The notes under the pieces: model-generated
Database searches by the model: none
What the model was told of the DNA's origin: nothing
Seen by the model: only the letters and a program-made list of their open reading frames with translations
Assembly: GCA_031551525.1 (NCBI GenBank)
Contig: JAVBNN010000003.1
Span: forward strand, 8,029 to 72,028
Origin: Acidaminococcales bacterium
GTDB taxonomy: Bacteria > Bacillota > Negativicutes > Acidaminococcales > JAISLQ01
Direction of reading: 5' to 3'
DNA: 64,000 nucleotides
Shown: positions 63,557 through 64,000 of the stretch, one piece after another
Position numbering within the stretch: the first letter of the stretch is position 1
Layout of the letters: every line of letters begins with the position of its first letter
Made by a program: the position numbers and the translations under genes

Positions 63557-64000
63557 TTATTTAGCGGCTTTGGGCGCAACGATCATGATCATATTTTTGC
63601 CTTCCAGTTTGGGTTCGCGTTCAATAGCGGCCAACTCTTTAAGCTCATCCGCCATGCGATCGAGCAGTTTTCTACCCATTTCCGCGTGCGAGAGTTCGCG
63701 TCCACGGAATTTGATGATCATTTTCACTTTGTCGCCGTCTTCCAAAAAGCGAATGGAGTTTTTCAGCTTGACGTTGAAATCGTGTTCTTCTATCTTAGGC
63801 CGCAGTTGCACTTCCTTGAGGCTGACCACTTTTTGTTTCTTGCGAACGTCTTTATCGCGTTTTTGTTGTTCATACCTGTACTTGCCGTAATCCATAATCC
63901 GGCATACCGGCGGTTTGGCCTGCGGAGCTATCTCCACCAGATCCATTTGACGGTTGATTGCTTCGTTTAGCGCGTCACGCAGCGTCATTATTCCTAGCTG
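63557..64000 (-). CDS. infC: translation initiation factor IF-3 (N-terminus beyond window edge)
   Basis: DLVEIAPQAKPPVCRIMDYGKYRYEQQKR...KEVQLRPKIEEHDF...FLEDGDKVKMIIKFRGRE. The frame stays open to position 64000, so the track's start codon is internal. Confidence 0.9.
   Translation of the reverse strand, partial: QLGIMTLRDALNEAINRQMDLVEIAPQAKPPVCRIMDYGKYRYEQQKRDKDVRKKQKVVSLKEVQLRPKIEEHDFNVKLKNSIRFLEDGDKVKMIIKFRGRELSHAEMGRKLLDRMADELKELAAIEREPKLEGKNMIMIVAPKAAK

Noticed and set aside
1-64000. CRISPR arrays, IS elements, integrases, toxin-antitoxin or known defence genes
   Set aside because: I looked for repeat-spacer periodicity, transposase or integrase-like ORFs and small paired ORFs, and none was seen. 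The only repeats are local hairpins and inverted repeats.

Overview
All calls come from reading the sequence and the ORF track by eye. No database search, folding or composition calculation was run.

This is an almost entirely minus-strand, densely packed core-chromosome segment. Gene order is classic Firmicutes: infC-rpmI-rplT, pheST with a Phe T-box, mutS2, rsmD-coaD, ackA-yceD-rpmF, fapR-plsX-fabHKDG-acpP-fabF, rnc, smc-ftsY, and ylxM-ffh-rpsP-khpA-ylqD-rimM-trmD-rplS-lepB-rbgA-rnhB.

The window also encodes outer-membrane proteins: a TonB-dependent receptor and a signal-peptide beta-barrel. I infer a diderm Firmicute (Negativicutes-like).

Other RNA and regulatory features:
- tRNA-Pro(CGG) with a consensus promoter and a bidirectional terminator
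- a Phe (UUC) T-box leader
- a likely FapR operator
- several consensus sigma-70 promoters and intrinsic terminators

I saw no CRISPR array, IS element, transposase, integrase or phage gene.

The stand-out is a self-contained five-gene operon (56231-61792, minus strand) with its own promoter and flanking terminators. It encodes, in order:
- a polytopic membrane protein
- a processive GT2 glycan synthase (D, DxD, ED and QxxRW motifs)
- a membrane-anchored bactofilin-like beta-helix protein
- a signal-anchored protein of unknown family
- an outer-membrane beta-barrel with a long N-terminal coiled coil

This accessory set matches none of the described synthase-dependent exopolysaccharide systems that I recognise.

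Secondary items:
- an orphan FliK-like / FlhB-C-terminal-fragment-like gene pair
- a roughly 220-nt promoter-to-terminator structured RNA candidate upstream of a divergent hydF
- a second FabK/NMO paralog with a Cys cluster inside the fab operon
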